Shown: positions 11,627-22,713 of the stretch, piece after piece
Position numbering within the stretch: the first letter of the stretch is position 1
Layout of the letters: the number at the start of each line of letters is the position of its first letter
From: Deferribacterales bacterium
Lineage (GTDB): Bacteria > Chrysiogenota > Deferribacteres > Deferribacterales > Geovibrionaceae
Direction: 5' to 3'
DNA length: 64,000 bases
Assembly (NCBI GenBank): GCA_050253335.1
Contig: JBFWJG010000001.1
Span: forward strand, 46,153 to 110,152
The notes under the pieces: generated by a model
Told to the model about the DNA's origin: nothing
The model's database searches: none
The model's input: only the letters and a program-made list of their open reading frames with translations
Translations under genes and position numbers: made by a program

Positions 11627-12378
11627 GCCTTGTCCAGAAGCATCTGCACAGCGAACTGTTTCGCTATTCTTCCGCTTCTTCCGCCCCTGTCCATGGCGTA
11701 GTTTTCAGCCAGCCTCTGCCAGTCCTCAATATTAAGTCCGAATTTTTTCAGATAATGCTCCGCTATGTGCAGGTAAGCCTCCCTGCGCATGGGGTAGAAG
11801 CCTATGTTTATGGCGAAGCGTGATTTGAGTGAGGTTCTCTCATTCTCTTCGTCACGGTCGTAGATGTCGTTTGTGTCTGCCGCTTTGTCCGGAACCATGT
11901 GGCGCATGTTTGAGGTGGCGACTATCATGCAGTTTGACGGACGCTTCTCCAGCCCGCCCTCAAGAACGGACTTGAACCTTCTGAAAAGAGTGTCGTTTTT
12001 ATCGAATGATATGTCATCAAAGAAAATCATGTAATAGTGTCTTGTGTCCCTTCGGATCGAGGAGTAAAGAGCGGGAAGCTCCGTGATGTCCTCCTGACGG
12101 AACTCAACGGCGCGCAAGCCTTTTTCGTGATATTCGGTAAGAAGCATTTTGATTATGGAAGACTTACCGGCGCCTCTTTCACCCCAGAGGAGCATATCAA
12201 GATGGGCTCCTCCGGAAACGAAAGAGCGGATGTTCCGCTCGGCCTTTTCAATCTGGCTTTCAAGATCCACAAGGTCGCCCCTGCGGACGGAGTCCGTCTC
12301 CTCTATGGTTTCAAGCGCTCCGCCCTTCCATCTGAAAGCGTATATCCCGTCCATATGTTTAAAGCAGCCTTGCCGCAT
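11623..12378 (-). CDS. DUF815 family ATP-binding protein
   Basis: [41 protein letters not shown]. Confidence 0.85.
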   Translation of the reverse strand: MRQGCFKHMDGIYAFRWKGGALETIEETDSVRRGDLVDLESQIEKAERNIRSFVSGGAHLDMLLWGERGAGKSSIIKMLLTEYHEKGLRAVEFRQEDITELPALYSSIRRDTRHYYMIFFDDISFDKNDTLFRRFKSVLEGGLEKRPSNCMIVATSNMRHMVPDKAADTNDIYDRDEENERTSLKSRFAINIGFYPMRREAYLHIAEHYLKKFGLNIEDWQRLAENYAMDRGGRSGRIAKQFAVQMLLDKA

Positions 12379-13327
12379 CCTTAGCGAAATAGGTGAGGAT
12401 CAGCTTGGCTCCTGCTCTTTTCATGGAGAGCAGGGATTCGAACATCACTCTTTCATAGTCCAGCCAGCCTCTCTGGGCGGCGGCGTGTATCATGGCGTAT
12501 TCACCGCTTACGTTGTATGCGGCGATGGGTTTGTCAAAGTTGTCGGCAAGTTCGCGTATTATATCGAGGTAAGGCAGACCGGGCTTAACCATGAGGATGT
12601 CCGCGCCCTCCTCAACATCCGTCATAGCCTCGCGCAGAGCCTCACGCCTGTTTGCGGGGTCCATCTGGTAGGTTTTGCGGTCGCCGAATGCGGGGGTGCT
12701 TTCCGCGGCCTCACGGAAGGGGCCGTAAAACGCGGAGCTGTATTTGACGGCGTAGCTCATTATGGGGATATTGTGGTAGCCGTTGCCGTCCAGAATGTCC
12801 CTGATGGTGATTATGCGTCCGTCCATCATGTCGCTGGGGGCAACCATATCCGCGCCCGCCTCGGCGTGGCTGAGGGCTTCAAGGGCGAGATATTTCAGGG
12901 TTTCGTCATTATCCACATCGTTGTTTTTTATTATTCCGCAGTGGCCGTGGTCGGTGTATTCGCACATGCAGACATCTGTTATAACATACATTTCGGGCAC
13001 TTCGTGCTTTATGGCTCTTATGGCGTTCTGTATAACGCCGTGCTTGTCATAAGCCTGTGAGCCTTCAGCATCCTTGTGCTGGGGGATTCCGAAAAGGATT
13101 ACAGAGGGAACGCCCAGTGCCTTGAGCTTCTGGCATTCCGTGACGATGTGCTCGATGCTCATCTGATAAACGCCGGGCATTGAGGAGATCTCCTTCTTGA
13201 TGCCTTCGCCTTCTGCAACGAAAAGCGGATAGATCAGATCATCAACGGAGACCTGATTCTCTCTCACCATTCTTCTTATAGCGGGGTTGCTTCTGAGTCT
13301 TCTGCCTCTGTCTATGGGGAATGCCAT
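12359..13327 (-). CDS. hemB: porphobilinogen synthase
   Basis: [28 protein letters not shown]. Confidence 0.97.
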   Translation of the reverse strand: MAFPIDRGRRLRSNPAIRRMVRENQVSVDDLIYPLFVAEGEGIKKEISSMPGVYQMSIEHIVTECQKLKALGVPSVILFGIPQHKDAEGSQAYDKHGVIQNAIRAIKHEVPEMYVITDVCMCEYTDHGHCGIIKNNDVDNDETLKYLALEALSHAEAGADMVAPSDMMDGRIITIRDILDGNGYHNIPIMSYAVKYSSAFYGPFREAAESTPAFGDRKTYQMDPANRREALREAMTDVEEGADILMVKPGLPYLDIIRELADNFDKPIAAYNVSGEYAMIHAAAQRGWLDYERVMFESLLSMKRAGAKLILTYFAKDAARLL

Positions 13328-13328
13328 G

Positions 13329-14030
13329 TCAAACTCCTTTGTAAAGATTAGATATAAGCTCCGTCATGCCCTCAATGGTCTGCACCTGCGGGTAAACGGA
13401 TTCGTGCCCCCTCTCCCTGAGATACTGCCATGTGGTTTTCCCTATACTGACAAGGGTGACCTCGTGAAGGTTCTCTGCCTGCGCCAGAAGGCTTTCTGCG
13501 GCGCTTGGGGCGGTGAGGGTTATTATGTCTATGCCGTTTTCTTTTATATATCTGTCAACGAAGCCTTTTTCGTATATAACCGGAGATGTTTTGTAGGTGC
13601 TTATCTTATCTACCTCGGCTCCCCGCTCTTCAAGGTATCCGCAGAGATCCCCCGCGCGCTTCTCCGCACCGGGCGAGAGAACTTTCATCCCCTTAACCTC
13701 AATTTCGGAAAACATGCGGATAAGTCCCTCCGCGGAAAATTCATCCGGCACGCCGTCCGGAGTTATGCCATACTCCTGAAGCTTTTTAGCGGTCTTCGTG
13801 CCGACTGCCACTGTATAGCGGAACTTCACTCTGCCGAAATTCTGTGCGAAGGTTTCCACCGACACGGGGCTGGTGAATACCGCCACATCATAATCCTTAT
13901 CAGGGATCGGTGCGCCCGTCGGAACTGTCTCAATCAGCGGGAGAGAAAAGACCTGAAAGCCATCCTTCTCAAGGAGCCCGACAAGCTCCGCCGACTGGCT
14001 TTTCTGTCTGGTTACAAGAACCTGCCTCAT
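13329..14030 (-). CDS. hemD: uroporphyrinogen-III synthase (start reassigned to 14030)
   Basis: MRQVLVTR...FTSP...AVG.KTA...SIGKTT; ATG overlaps the hemC stop. Confidence 0.88.
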   Translation of the reverse strand: MRQVLVTRQKSQSAELVGLLEKDGFQVFSLPLIETVPTGAPIPDKDYDVAVFTSPVSVETFAQNFGRVKFRYTVAVGTKTAKKLQEYGITPDGVPDEFSAEGLIRMFSEIEVKGMKVLSPGAEKRAGDLCGYLEERGAEVDKISTYKTSPVIYEKGFVDRYIKENGIDIITLTAPSAAESLLAQAENLHEVTLVSIGKTTWQYLRERGHESVYPQVQTIEGMTELISNLYKGV

Positions 14031-14947
14031 TTTGAGTATATTTCGTCCAGAATTTCTTTTCCGCCTGCGGCGAGTATGGATTCCGCGAGTTCGTAGCCAA
14101 TTTCCGCCGCGTCTTTCACGCTGCCTTTGTTCTCGGCTTCGATGTATGTTTCGCCTATAAGGTCGGAAACAAGGCCTTTCATTATGATGCGGTCGCCTTC
14201 TATAACGGAATGCCCGGCTATGGGAGCCTGACATCCGCCCTCAAGCCTTCTGAGGAAGGTTCTTTCGCATCTTACCCTTGTTTCTGTTGGTTCGTGGCGG
14301 AGGAAGTCAAGGAGCTTCTTGCTCTCAGTGTCATCACTGCGGACTTCTATTCCGAGAATCCCCTGACAAACGGCGGGGAGCATGTCCTCAACGGAGATCA
14401 CGTCTGTAACCCTGTCGTGGTATTCAAGACGCACAAGCCCCGCACGGGCAAGGATTATCGCGTCATATTCCCCATCGTCGAGCTTTCTCAGGCGGGTGTT
14501 CACGTTTCCTCTGAGGTCTTTTATCTCAAGATCCGGACGGAGGCGGGCAAGCTGAACCTTCCTGCGGAGGCTGCTTGTGCCGACCACTGCGTTCTGAGGG
14601 AGATCGGCTATTGTTTTATATTTTACTGAGACGAAAGCGTCCTCCGGTGTTTCCCCTTCGGGGCTTGCGTAAAGCTCCAGCCCTTCGGGAAGGAGCATCG
14701 GGACATCCTTCATGCTGTGCACGGCTATGTCAGCCTGATTTTCAAGCAGAGCGGTCTCTATCTCTTTCACGAAGAGCCCCTTGCCGCCTATTTTGGCCAG
14801 AGGCACATCGAGTATTTTGTCACCCTGAGTTTTGATTACAAGGAGTTCGCATTCGACCTTGTGCTCCTTCTCAAGCAGAGCCTTGATGTGATTGGCCTGC
14901 CACAGAGCGAGCATGCTTCCCCTTGTTGCGATTCTTACTTTTTTCAT
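14027..14947 (-). CDS. hemC: hydroxymethylbilane synthase
   Basis: IATRGSMLALWQA, GGKGLFVKEIE, VHSMKDVP, GTSSLRR. Confidence 0.97.
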   Translation of the reverse strand: MKKVRIATRGSMLALWQANHIKALLEKEHKVECELLVIKTQGDKILDVPLAKIGGKGLFVKEIETALLENQADIAVHSMKDVPMLLPEGLELYASPEGETPEDAFVSVKYKTIADLPQNAVVGTSSLRRKVQLARLRPDLEIKDLRGNVNTRLRKLDDGEYDAIILARAGLVRLEYHDRVTDVISVEDMLPAVCQGILGIEVRSDDTESKKLLDFLRHEPTETRVRCERTFLRRLEGGCQAPIAGHSVIEGDRIIMKGLVSDLIGETYIEAENKGSVKDAAEIGYELAESILAAGGKEILDEIYSK

Positions 14948-14962
14948 TATCTATCCCCTGAT

Positions 14963-16228
14963 TTAATCTTTTAAGTCGAAAATAATTTTTACTGCTTCAT
15001 CAAGGCTGTAGCGCTCCTTGCCGGGAGCCAGATCCTTGAGGTTGTTAAGCGGAGTGTGCAGAACCTTGTTCATAAAAGCGCTGAGGAGGTATTCCAGCTT
15101 CCTGCGCTCGCCTGCGTCCGCTACCTTGAACTTGTCGCAGAAGCGGTCAAGCTCAAGCATGCGCTTTTCATCAAAACTTTCACGCAGGGCTTTTATCACA
15201 GGCACAATCTTCATGGATTCCACCCAGCGGTAAAAGTCCGCCACGCCTGTTTCGATGTATTCCATAGCCTTTACGGCCTCTTTCTGGCGGAGTTTTTTGT
15301 TTGATTCCACCACGGCTTTCAGGTCGTCTATGTCGTAAACATATGCGTTTTCGATGTCCGCCACGGCGGGGTCAATGTCTCTGGGTACTGCTATATCTAT
15401 GAAGAACATGGGCTTATGCTTGCGTCTGATCATAACGGGCTTTATGTCTGCCGCTTCGATCATGTAGCCGCTTGCTCCGGTGGAGGAGAGCACTATATCC
15501 GCGTGGGCGAGTTCCTCACGGAACTGATCAAGGGGAACTGCTTTTCCGCCGACTTCCGCCGCGAGTTTTTCCGCCTTTTCGAATGTTCTATTTGTGACCG
15601 TTATCCCTCCGATGTCTGCACCCCGGAGGTGTTTACAGGCTATCTCGCACATTTCGCCCGCGCCTACCACGAGTGCATGCTTATCTTCAAGACTGCCGAA
15701 GATTTTGGAGGCGAGCTCAACAGCGGCTGAACTCACGGAGACGGGATTATCGCCTATGCCTGTATTGGTTCTGACCTTTTTGGTGGTTTTGATAACGAAT
15801 TCTTCCAGCTTGCGGATGAATGTTTTCGCCGCGCCGAACTTTCGGGAGTTCTCGAAAGCGTCCTTCACCTGACCGAAGATCTGCGGTTCGCCCATAACCA
15901 GAGAATCAAGCCCGCCTGCCACACGGAAAATGTGACGCACGGATTCCTCTCCGCAGTGGATATAGGTGTATTTCTGGAGAATACTGCGGTCGATTTTGCA
16001 TTGTTCAGCGATTATTTTGAGAACACTGTCCACGTTACAGAGAAAATCGTCAGTGACTATGTAATATTCCACCCTGTTGCAGGTGGAGATCACCATCGCC
16101 TCGTATATTCTGTCATTCTGGAGGATGTCGCCGTAAAGCTCCTCCAGCACCGCTTCGGCTACTGCCAAAGTTTCCCGCACCTCGACAGGGGCGGTATTAT
16201 GATTAAGTCCTACAACTGCCAACTGCAT
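14963..16228 (-). CDS. hemA: glutamyl-tRNA reductase
   Basis: STCNRVE, GLDSLVMGEPQI, GAGEM, DIAVPRD. Confidence 0.97.
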   Translation of the reverse strand: MQLAVVGLNHNTAPVEVRETLAVAEAVLEELYGDILQNDRIYEAMVISTCNRVEYYIVTDDFLCNVDSVLKIIAEQCKIDRSILQKYTYIHCGEESVRHIFRVAGGLDSLVMGEPQIFGQVKDAFENSRKFGAAKTFIRKLEEFVIKTTKKVRTNTGIGDNPVSVSSAAVELASKIFGSLEDKHALVVGAGEMCEIACKHLRGADIGGITVTNRTFEKAEKLAAEVGGKAVPLDQFREELAHADIVLSSTGASGYMIEAADIKPVMIRRKHKPMFFIDIAVPRDIDPAVADIENAYVYDIDDLKAVVESNKKLRQKEAVKAMEYIETGVADFYRWVESMKIVPVIKALRESFDEKRMLELDRFCDKFKVADAGERRKLEYLLSAFMNKVLHTPLNNLKDLAPGKERYSLDEAVKIIFDLKD

Positions 16229-16234
16229 CTATAT

Positions 16235-17026
16235 TCAGCCCATGAGAAAAAACGCGACACCGGCGTATGTCACTACGACGGAAATAAAACCCGCCAGAGT
16301 GGAGTAAGCGGTGCTTCTAGGCGTCATGCCTCTGTATTTTTTTAGATATGTTATCAGGCCGAATATCACCCATGTGACAACGGCAAATATCATCTTTGGA
16401 AGAATGATCCCGATCCGTTCAGGCTCGTAAATCATCCAGACGAAGCCTGAGATCAGGCCCACGCTGAAAAAGTAAAACCCTAGAAGGAGGTTTACCGCGG
16501 TCAGGCGGTCGATCTGATTCAGCGGCGGAAAGCGTTTGAAGATTATCCCGAAGTTTTTGCGCTTGAGCTCTCTCTCCTGCAAAAAGTACATAATGCTGGC
16601 GACTGTGGCGAACATGAAGAACGCTGTGCCGATCACGGTGAAGGGCAGGTGGATAAGAAGCCATATGCTGCTTATTCCCGCTGCGTCCTTAGGTGCGGCG
16701 GAAGGCAGGATGAGAACAAGAACGCTGAGTATTATCACTATCGGGAATATGAAAAGCCCCAGCAGAGGGCGCCTGTATTTCATGAACAGTATCAGGTAAA
16801 TAAGAGTAAGCGTCAGAGAGACCATGGCAAACAGATCCCCGAGGGAATATGACGGGAAATGGCCGAAATGCTTCCAGTGTGTGGCTATGCTCCCCGCGAA
16901 AAGCAGGAATGCAAGCACCGCGAACAGGTTTGTAAGGTGCTGAAGATACCTGTTCCCCAGAAAAAGATAAAGCGTGATATGTATAAAAGCGAGGATCGCC
17001 GCGCCCAGAGCAAAATCAAAGTGCAT
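16235..17026 (-). CDS. ccsA: cytochrome c assembly protein (CcsA/HemX-like)
   Basis: Multi-TM protein with WLLIH and YFLQERELK; first gene of the hem operon. Confidence 0.75.
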   Translation of the reverse strand: MHFDFALGAAILAFIHITLYLFLGNRYLQHLTNLFAVLAFLLFAGSIATHWKHFGHFPSYSLGDLFAMVSLTLTLIYLILFMKYRRPLLGLFIFPIVIILSVLVLILPSAAPKDAAGISSIWLLIHLPFTVIGTAFFMFATVASIMYFLQERELKRKNFGIIFKRFPPLNQIDRLTAVNLLLGFYFFSVGLISGFVWMIYEPERIGIILPKMIFAVVTWVIFGLITYLKKYRGMTPRSTAYSTLAGFISVVVTYAGVAFFLMG

Positions 17027-17262
17027 TTTTTCTCCTGCTTAATCCGATGATTCGTAAGTTACAAAAATTATCCTGTTTTGTGAAGCCCGAATATTATTAT
17101 ATAAAATTTTCCCGCTTGCGTAAGCTTTTATTTTGACAGCCCTGTTTTATTAAGGTTCAGGGCTGAGGCGGCACTGCCTTGTGTGCTTTTTTTCCCGCTG
17201 TAAATGATGTAAATATTATTTCCCATTGAAAGAGGACCGCCCTTGTAGTATTTTCATCTGCT

Positions 17263-18117
17263 ATGATTTGGGAAAAAATAGACCTTCACCATAAAGACGT
17301 TCTGTATGAAAGATTCCGCAATATATCGGAACCTCTTTCAGAGTATACCTTTGCGAACATCTTCCTTTTCAGGGGAACGCATGAATATGAAATAGGGCGC
17401 AACGGCGAGCCTGTTCTCCGAGGCAGAACCTATGACGGCAAGCCGTATATTCAGCCGGTGAATAACCTACAGGCGTATCCGAAAGAAAAACTCCTTGAAC
17501 TGCAGAAAGATGCGGATTTTTTCTTCCCCGTGTCGGAAGAAAGTCTGGCTCTGCTTGATCCGGAATCAATAGAATACACCAGCGATGAGGCCGACTCCGA
17601 CTATATATACACCAGAGAAAAAATGGCCACCTACGCCGGACGCAAACTGCACAAGAAGCGAAACCTTATGAAACAGTTCCGTGAAGAATATGCCGGAACC
17701 AGCCGCCCGATATGCGGCGAGGTGAAGGAGGACGCGCTCTATATCCTTGAAAAATGGCAGGAGCAGGCGGATCTCCCGAAGGAGCAGACAGACTACAGAG
17801 CCTGTCTGGAGGCGCTGACCCACTGCGAGGAGCTTGTGCTCTGCGGGGAAATATACTACGCCGACGGCAGACCCTGCGGGTTTATTCTGGGTGAGGAGCT
17901 CAATTCGGACACCTATGTTATGCACTTTGCCAAAGGGCTTGTGGATTTCAAAGGGGTTTATCAGTACATCTTCAACGAGTTTGCAAACCACCTGCCCGAA
18001 AAATATAAGTATATCAACTTCGAGCAGGACATGGGCAAGGAAAGCCTGCGCCAGTCAAAACGGAGCTACCTGCCTGATTTGCTCCTCAAAAAGTACAGGG
18101 TAAGGTTCAAGGGCTAG
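17263..18117 (+). CDS. DUF2156 / phosphatidylglycerol lysyltransferase-domain protein (stand-alone)
   Basis: DYIY, GRKLHKKRN, HFAKG, INFEQDMG..LRQSKRSY.P. Confidence 0.85.
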   Translation: MIWEKIDLHHKDVLYERFRNISEPLSEYTFANIFLFRGTHEYEIGRNGEPVLRGRTYDGKPYIQPVNNLQAYPKEKLLELQKDADFFFPVSEESLALLDPESIEYTSDEADSDYIYTREKMATYAGRKLHKKRNLMKQFREEYAGTSRPICGEVKEDALYILEKWQEQADLPKEQTDYRACLEALTHCEELVLCGEIYYADGRPCGFILGEELNSDTYVMHFAKGLVDFKGVYQYIFNEFANHLPEKYKYINFEQDMGKESLRQSKRSYLPDLLLKKYRVRFKG

Positions 18118-19301
18118 AGATCAGGATACACGCCCGGAAGCCAGTACTTGAGCACCTTGTACGGAAATCCCAGACGGACTTTACCCTTTGGGGTTTCAGA
18201 TGTAAGGATGCCGTCCGAAACAAGTTCGCTTATTATTTTGCTGCTGCTTGCGGCTGACATATCCAGAATATCGGCGGCGTTCCCTCTGCCGAACTCTCCT
18301 ATAATCAGCGCTTCTTTCAGCAGTCTGAACGCTTTTTTATGCATTCTCCCTTTTGAGGCTTCGTTTCTGCAGTAAAACTCAATCCTTTCCAGAAGTTCGG
18401 TCAGTTTAAGCAGAGATGCCATAAACTCTGTCTGGTCTATGCACTGCTCCAGAAAATATATGCAGAAATCCTGTAACCCTATCAGCGACAGGGAACCGCG
18501 CCCGTCAAGATCTCCCTTGCGGTCTGAATCCGCATATGCGAGCATTTCCTTGTATTTGGCTGAAGTTCGGGCAAGACCCCGTGATACTGACCAGAGGCTG
18601 CTGCCTATGCCGATCTCTTTTAAATACGCATGACTGAAAAGCCTTGCGGTACGTCCGTTGCCGTCAAGAAAAGGGTGTATCCAGAGCAGTCTGTGGTGGC
18701 TTGCCGCTGCTGCTGCCACCTGTTCGTGCCGTCCGAGTTTTTCGGGGTTATAGACAGTTACAAATCTTTCAATGAACGCAGGCACATCTTCAAAAGGCAC
18801 AGCCACATGCCGCCCGACCTTCACATCCCTCTTTCTGTATTCACCGGGAACAACCGGAATCTTTTCTTCCGTTTCCGGGACACTGACATATCGCAGTTCT
18901 TCCGGAAGTCTGCTGTAAAATTCTCCGTGTACCCAGCGGATAAACTCGCCCGATGCTGTTTTTGCAGTCTGCTCTCTCTTGTCTATCATTTCCTGAACAT
19001 AAATATGCGCCGCCGCCTCAAGCTGGAGGTTTCGTTTTTCAGGCTCATTTGAATAATCCCTGTTGAGGGCTTTCTCTATATCCACAGGATGGGTGTAGTG
19101 CCCTTCTATCAGGTTGCTGTAATAGCAGTTCATGGAACGGACAAGAGCGCCTATTGAATCCTGCACAACGGGATTAAGGGTGCTGTTAAGTGCCGCTGCC
19201 CTCTCTCTGAGAACTGAGGCGAGGTTATCTGTTTCACGTCTTTTTTCAGGACTTCTGCCATCCTGAAGAGGCATTGCAGGTTTCATATATTCAGGGAGCA
19301 C
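18114..19301 (-). CDS. Fic family protein with C-terminal HTH
   Basis: HPFLDGNGRTAR Fic motif; YYSNLIEG inhibitory motif. Confidence 0.92.
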   Translation of the reverse strand: MLPEYMKPAMPLQDGRSPEKRRETDNLASVLRERAAALNSTLNPVVQDSIGALVRSMNCYYSNLIEGHYTHPVDIEKALNRDYSNEPEKRNLQLEAAAHIYVQEMIDKREQTAKTASGEFIRWVHGEFYSRLPEELRYVSVPETEEKIPVVPGEYRKRDVKVGRHVAVPFEDVPAFIERFVTVYNPEKLGRHEQVAAAAASHHRLLWIHPFLDGNGRTARLFSHAYLKEIGIGSSLWSVSRGLARTSAKYKEMLAYADSDRKGDLDGRGSLSLIGLQDFCIYFLEQCIDQTEFMASLLKLTELLERIEFYCRNEASKGRMHKKAFRLLKEALIIGEFGRGNAADILDMSAASSSKIISELVSDGILTSETPKGKVRLGFPYKVLKYWLPGVYPDL

Positions 19302-19422
19302 CGTACCATCTCCTGCGTATTAAAATAGAGATCTTTTTATTTCTTGTAATGCTGATCATATAGGTATTTGGATCATTATTCAATAGATAAAATCAGAGAT
19401 CTTTTCAGAGATCTTCCGAAAC

Positions 19423-19452
19423 AAAAAAAAGCCGCCTCAAAAGGGCGGCTTT
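19423..19452 (-). terminator. intrinsic terminator after fabI
   Basis: gccgcc-N-gggcggc hairpin with an A8 run on the + strand. Confidence 0.75.
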
Positions 19453-19475
19453 CTGTTGTATTTTAAAAACTTTTT

Positions 19476-20243
19476 TCAGATTCCGATTACGTTGTACCCG
19501 CAGTCAACATGCAGTGTTTCACCTGTTATTGTTCTGGAAAGGTCGCTTGCGAGGAATGCCGCGGTATCTCCCACGTCTTCGATGGTTACGTTCTGGTGCA
19601 GGGGCGAGCGCTCCTCAATGTGGGCGAGGATGTTCTTGAACCCGCCTATGCCGGATGCGGCAAGGGTTTTGATGGGGCCTGCGGAGATGCTGTTTATCCT
19701 TATCTTCTTCACGCCGAGGTCGCATGAAAGGTAACGTGTGGAGCATTCCAGAGCCGCTTTCGCAACACCCATGAGGTTGTAATTGGTCACAACCTTTTCC
19801 GCACCGTAGTAGGAGAGGTTGATCACGCTGCCCCATTCGTTCATTATGGGTTCCGCAGCCTTGCAGAGCGCAACGAGAGAATAGGCGCTTATGTCCATGG
19901 AGAGCTTGAAGGCATCCCTTGTGGTGTCGATGTAGCGTCCTTTCAGCGCTTCGCCGGGGGCGTATGCTATGGAGTGGATGAGTATGTCTATATTGCCGAA
20001 GTCTCTGGCGATAATGCCGAAGGCCTTTTCTATATCTTCATCACATGTCACGTCACAGGGGACACAGAGCTTCGCGCCGAGTTCTTCCGCGATGGGAACC
20101 ACTCTTGATTCAAGCTTTTCGCCTGCGTAGGAGACCGCAAGTTCCGCCCCTTCTTCCTTAAATTTTTTAGCAATGCCGTAAGCTATGCTTTTGTTGTTGG
20201 CAATGCCGAAGATAAGAGCCTTTTTTCCTGTCAGTAAGCCCAT
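19476..20243 (-). CDS. fabI: enoyl-ACP reductase
   Basis: GIANNKSIAYGIA, YNLMGVAKAALE, ISAGPIKTLA. Confidence 0.96.
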   Translation of the reverse strand: MGLLTGKKALIFGIANNKSIAYGIAKKFKEEGAELAVSYAGEKLESRVVPIAEELGAKLCVPCDVTCDEDIEKAFGIIARDFGNIDILIHSIAYAPGEALKGRYIDTTRDAFKLSMDISAYSLVALCKAAEPIMNEWGSVINLSYYGAEKVVTNYNLMGVAKAALECSTRYLSCDLGVKKIRINSISAGPIKTLAASGIGGFKNILAHIEERSPLHQNVTIEDVGDTAAFLASDLSRTITGETLHVDCGYNVIGI

Positions 20244-20251
20244 GTTTCCTC

Positions 20252-21583
20252 CTAGAATTTGTCAAGAAAGTCTGAAATATTTTTAACTGGGATTATATCA
20301 AGTTTTCCGTCAAAGTCTATCTTTTCGGGGAGATATGCGCGCTTTACACCAAATTTGACCGCCTCGGTCAATCTGTTTTTGATGTTGGCAACATTCCTTG
20401 TCTCTCCCGTCAGTCCTACTTCTCCGACGAAAACCGTGTCTGTCCGAACGGGTTTTTCCCTGAATGAGGAAATTATCGCCGCGCACACAGCGAGGTCGGC
20501 GGAGGTTTCCGTTATCTTTATTCCGCCTGCAATATTCAGGTAGATGTCCGACGCGCCGAGGTTCAGCCCGCCCTTTTTGTCAAGAACAGCGATCAGCATG
20601 TTCAGCCTGTTGGTGTCAAAGCCGTTTGCGTTGCGGCGGGAGAACTGGAAGTAGGTGGGTGTCACAAGCGCCTGCAGTTCCACAAGAAACGCCCTTGTGC
20701 CCTCCATCACGGGTACAAGCACCTTGCCCGCCGCGTCCGACTGAGTGCTGCCGAGCAGTCCGCCGTCCGGACATTCCAGAAGCCCCTGACTGCTCATCTC
20801 AAACAGTCCGACCTCGTTTGTGGGGCCGAAGCGGTTTTTGACGGAGCGGAGGATTCTTATACCTCTGGAATAGTCCCCCTCGAAGTAAAGCACTGTGTCC
20901 ACAAGGTGTTCCAGAACCTTCGGCCCTGCGATATATCCGTCCTTGGTAACCTGACCGACGATCAGGGTTGTTATCCCTTTCTGCTTCGCCGCCTCAACCA
21001 TGCGGTAGGTAACGTGCTTCACCTGTCCCACTGTGCCGGGGGCGGAGTTAAGCTCCTCCGAGGCGATGGTCTGCACGGAGTCCGCAACTATGTAGGCGAA
21101 CTTGTCCCTGTCCGCCGCTGTGAGTATGTCCTCAAGGGAGTTTGTGGCGAGGATTGAGAGATTGTCTGTTGCTATGCCCAGCCTTTCAGCGCGCATTTTT
21201 ATCTGTGAGGGGGATTCCTCGCCGGATGCGTAAAGTATCTTTGCGCCCCTTGTGCCGAGGATTCCCGCCACCTGAAGCATGATTGTTGATTTGCCTATGC
21301 CCGGCTCACCGCCCACAAGGACAACGGAACCCTTCACGAAGCCGCCGCCCAGAACCTGATCAAGCTCGCCGATTCCGGTCTTTGTGCGGTCAACCTCAAG
21401 CCCTTTTATGGAGCCGAGGAGAAGGGGCTGAACATCCCTTGCCTTTGCGGAAGATGTTGTCTCGTCCTGAGGCATCTCCTCCACATAGCTGCTCCATGCG
21501 CCGCATTCGGGGCATTTGCCTATCCATTTCGGGGAGACGCTGCCGCAGCTCTGGCATATGTAAACTGATTTTTTCTTAGCCAT
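20252..21583 (-). CDS. radA: DNA repair protein RadA
   Basis: C4 zinc finger, GGEPGIGKST, KNRFG. Confidence 0.97.
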   Translation of the reverse strand: MAKKKSVYICQSCGSVSPKWIGKCPECGAWSSYVEEMPQDETTSSAKARDVQPLLLGSIKGLEVDRTKTGIGELDQVLGGGFVKGSVVLVGGEPGIGKSTIMLQVAGILGTRGAKILYASGEESPSQIKMRAERLGIATDNLSILATNSLEDILTAADRDKFAYIVADSVQTIASEELNSAPGTVGQVKHVTYRMVEAAKQKGITTLIVGQVTKDGYIAGPKVLEHLVDTVLYFEGDYSRGIRILRSVKNRFGPTNEVGLFEMSSQGLLECPDGGLLGSTQSDAAGKVLVPVMEGTRAFLVELQALVTPTYFQFSRRNANGFDTNRLNMLIAVLDKKGGLNLGASDIYLNIAGGIKITETSADLAVCAAIISSFREKPVRTDTVFVGEVGLTGETRNVANIKNRLTEAVKFGVKRAYLPEKIDFDGKLDIIPVKNISDFLDKF

Positions 21584-22611
21584 TATTCACCGAGGAAATC
21601 ATCAATGGTTAGCCCGCTGCGGGGTTCCATGTGAAGGTGTTCGTAGGCAAGGCGGGTGGCGACCCTGCCTCTTGGGGTCTTTTTGACGAAGCCTTTATAT
21701 ATGAGGTACGGCTCTATTACGTCCTCTATTGTGTCTTTTTCTTCGGAGAGAGTCGCCGCGAGGGTTTCAAGCCCCACGGGGCCGCCTTCGTATTTTTCGA
21801 TTATGGCTTTCAGGAATCCTCTGTCTGACGCGTCCAGCCCCTCATTGTCAATTTCCAGACGCAGAAGCCCTTCGCGGGCTATCTCCAAATCTACCAGCCC
21901 GTTGTTGAGCACATCGGCAAAATCGCGTACACGGCGGAGGATGCGGTGGGCTATCCTTGGCGTACCTCTGCTTCTGCGGGCTATCTCAAGGGCGGCGGCG
22001 TATTCTGTTTTGAGATTGAGTATTCTTGACGCTCTGGTGATTATTGTGGCGAGGTTCTCCTCATCATAAAACTCAAGGCGCATGATGACCCCGAAGCGGT
22101 CACGCAGGGGAGAGGTGAGAAGCCCCGCGCGGGTGGTTGCGCCCACAAGGGTGAAGCTCTGCAGATCAACCTTGATTGTCCTCGCCGCAGGTCCCTGACC
22201 TATGATGATGTCAAGCTTGAAGTCCTCCATAGCCGGATAGAGAATCTCCTCCACGTTGGAGTGCAGACGGTGGATTTCGTCTATAAAGAGAACATCCCCC
22301 TCCTGCAGGTTGGTGAGAATGGCGGCTAGATCCCCCGCCTTTTCTATAACGGGGCCTGAGGTGGAGTTTATGTTTACCCCAAGCTCGCTTGCGATGATGT
22401 AGGCGAGGGTGGTTTTTCCCAGCCCCGGAGGGCCGTAAAACAGGCAGTGATCCAGGCTCTGGCCTCTCTGCTTGGCGGCCTGAACGAATATGCGCAGGTT
22501 TTCCTTGACCTTATGCTGGCCGATGTAGTCGTCCAGCCTCTGCGGGCGTATGTGGCTTGTGAGGGTGTCCTCATCGAATTTATCTTTTGAGAAAATGCTG
22601 TCTGAATCCAT
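21583..22611 (-). CDS. ruvB: Holliday junction helicase RuvB
   Basis: [26 protein letters not shown]. Confidence 0.97.
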   Translation of the reverse strand: MDSDSIFSKDKFDEDTLTSHIRPQRLDDYIGQHKVKENLRIFVQAAKQRGQSLDHCLFYGPPGLGKTTLAYIIASELGVNINSTSGPVIEKAGDLAAILTNLQEGDVLFIDEIHRLHSNVEEILYPAMEDFKLDIIIGQGPAARTIKVDLQSFTLVGATTRAGLLTSPLRDRFGVIMRLEFYDEENLATIITRASRILNLKTEYAAALEIARRSRGTPRIAHRILRRVRDFADVLNNGLVDLEIAREGLLRLEIDNEGLDASDRGFLKAIIEKYEGGPVGLETLAATLSEEKDTIEDVIEPYLIYKGFVKKTPRGRVATRLAYEHLHMEPRSGLTIDDFLGE

Positions 22612-22713
22612 GACAAAACAATATCAGGACTGCCCGCAAATTGCAAAGGGGTTGTTGCGGGCGGAGGCGGGGCGGATAAAAGACTGCCTCCCTTCGCAGG
22701 GGTTCAGAGCTTT

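Noticed and set aside
13329..14234. Extended N-termini for hemD (also hemL 56454, gemA 45700, msbA 59314)
   Set aside because: They overlap upstream genes or lack an RBS; downstream starts fit the family N-termini better.
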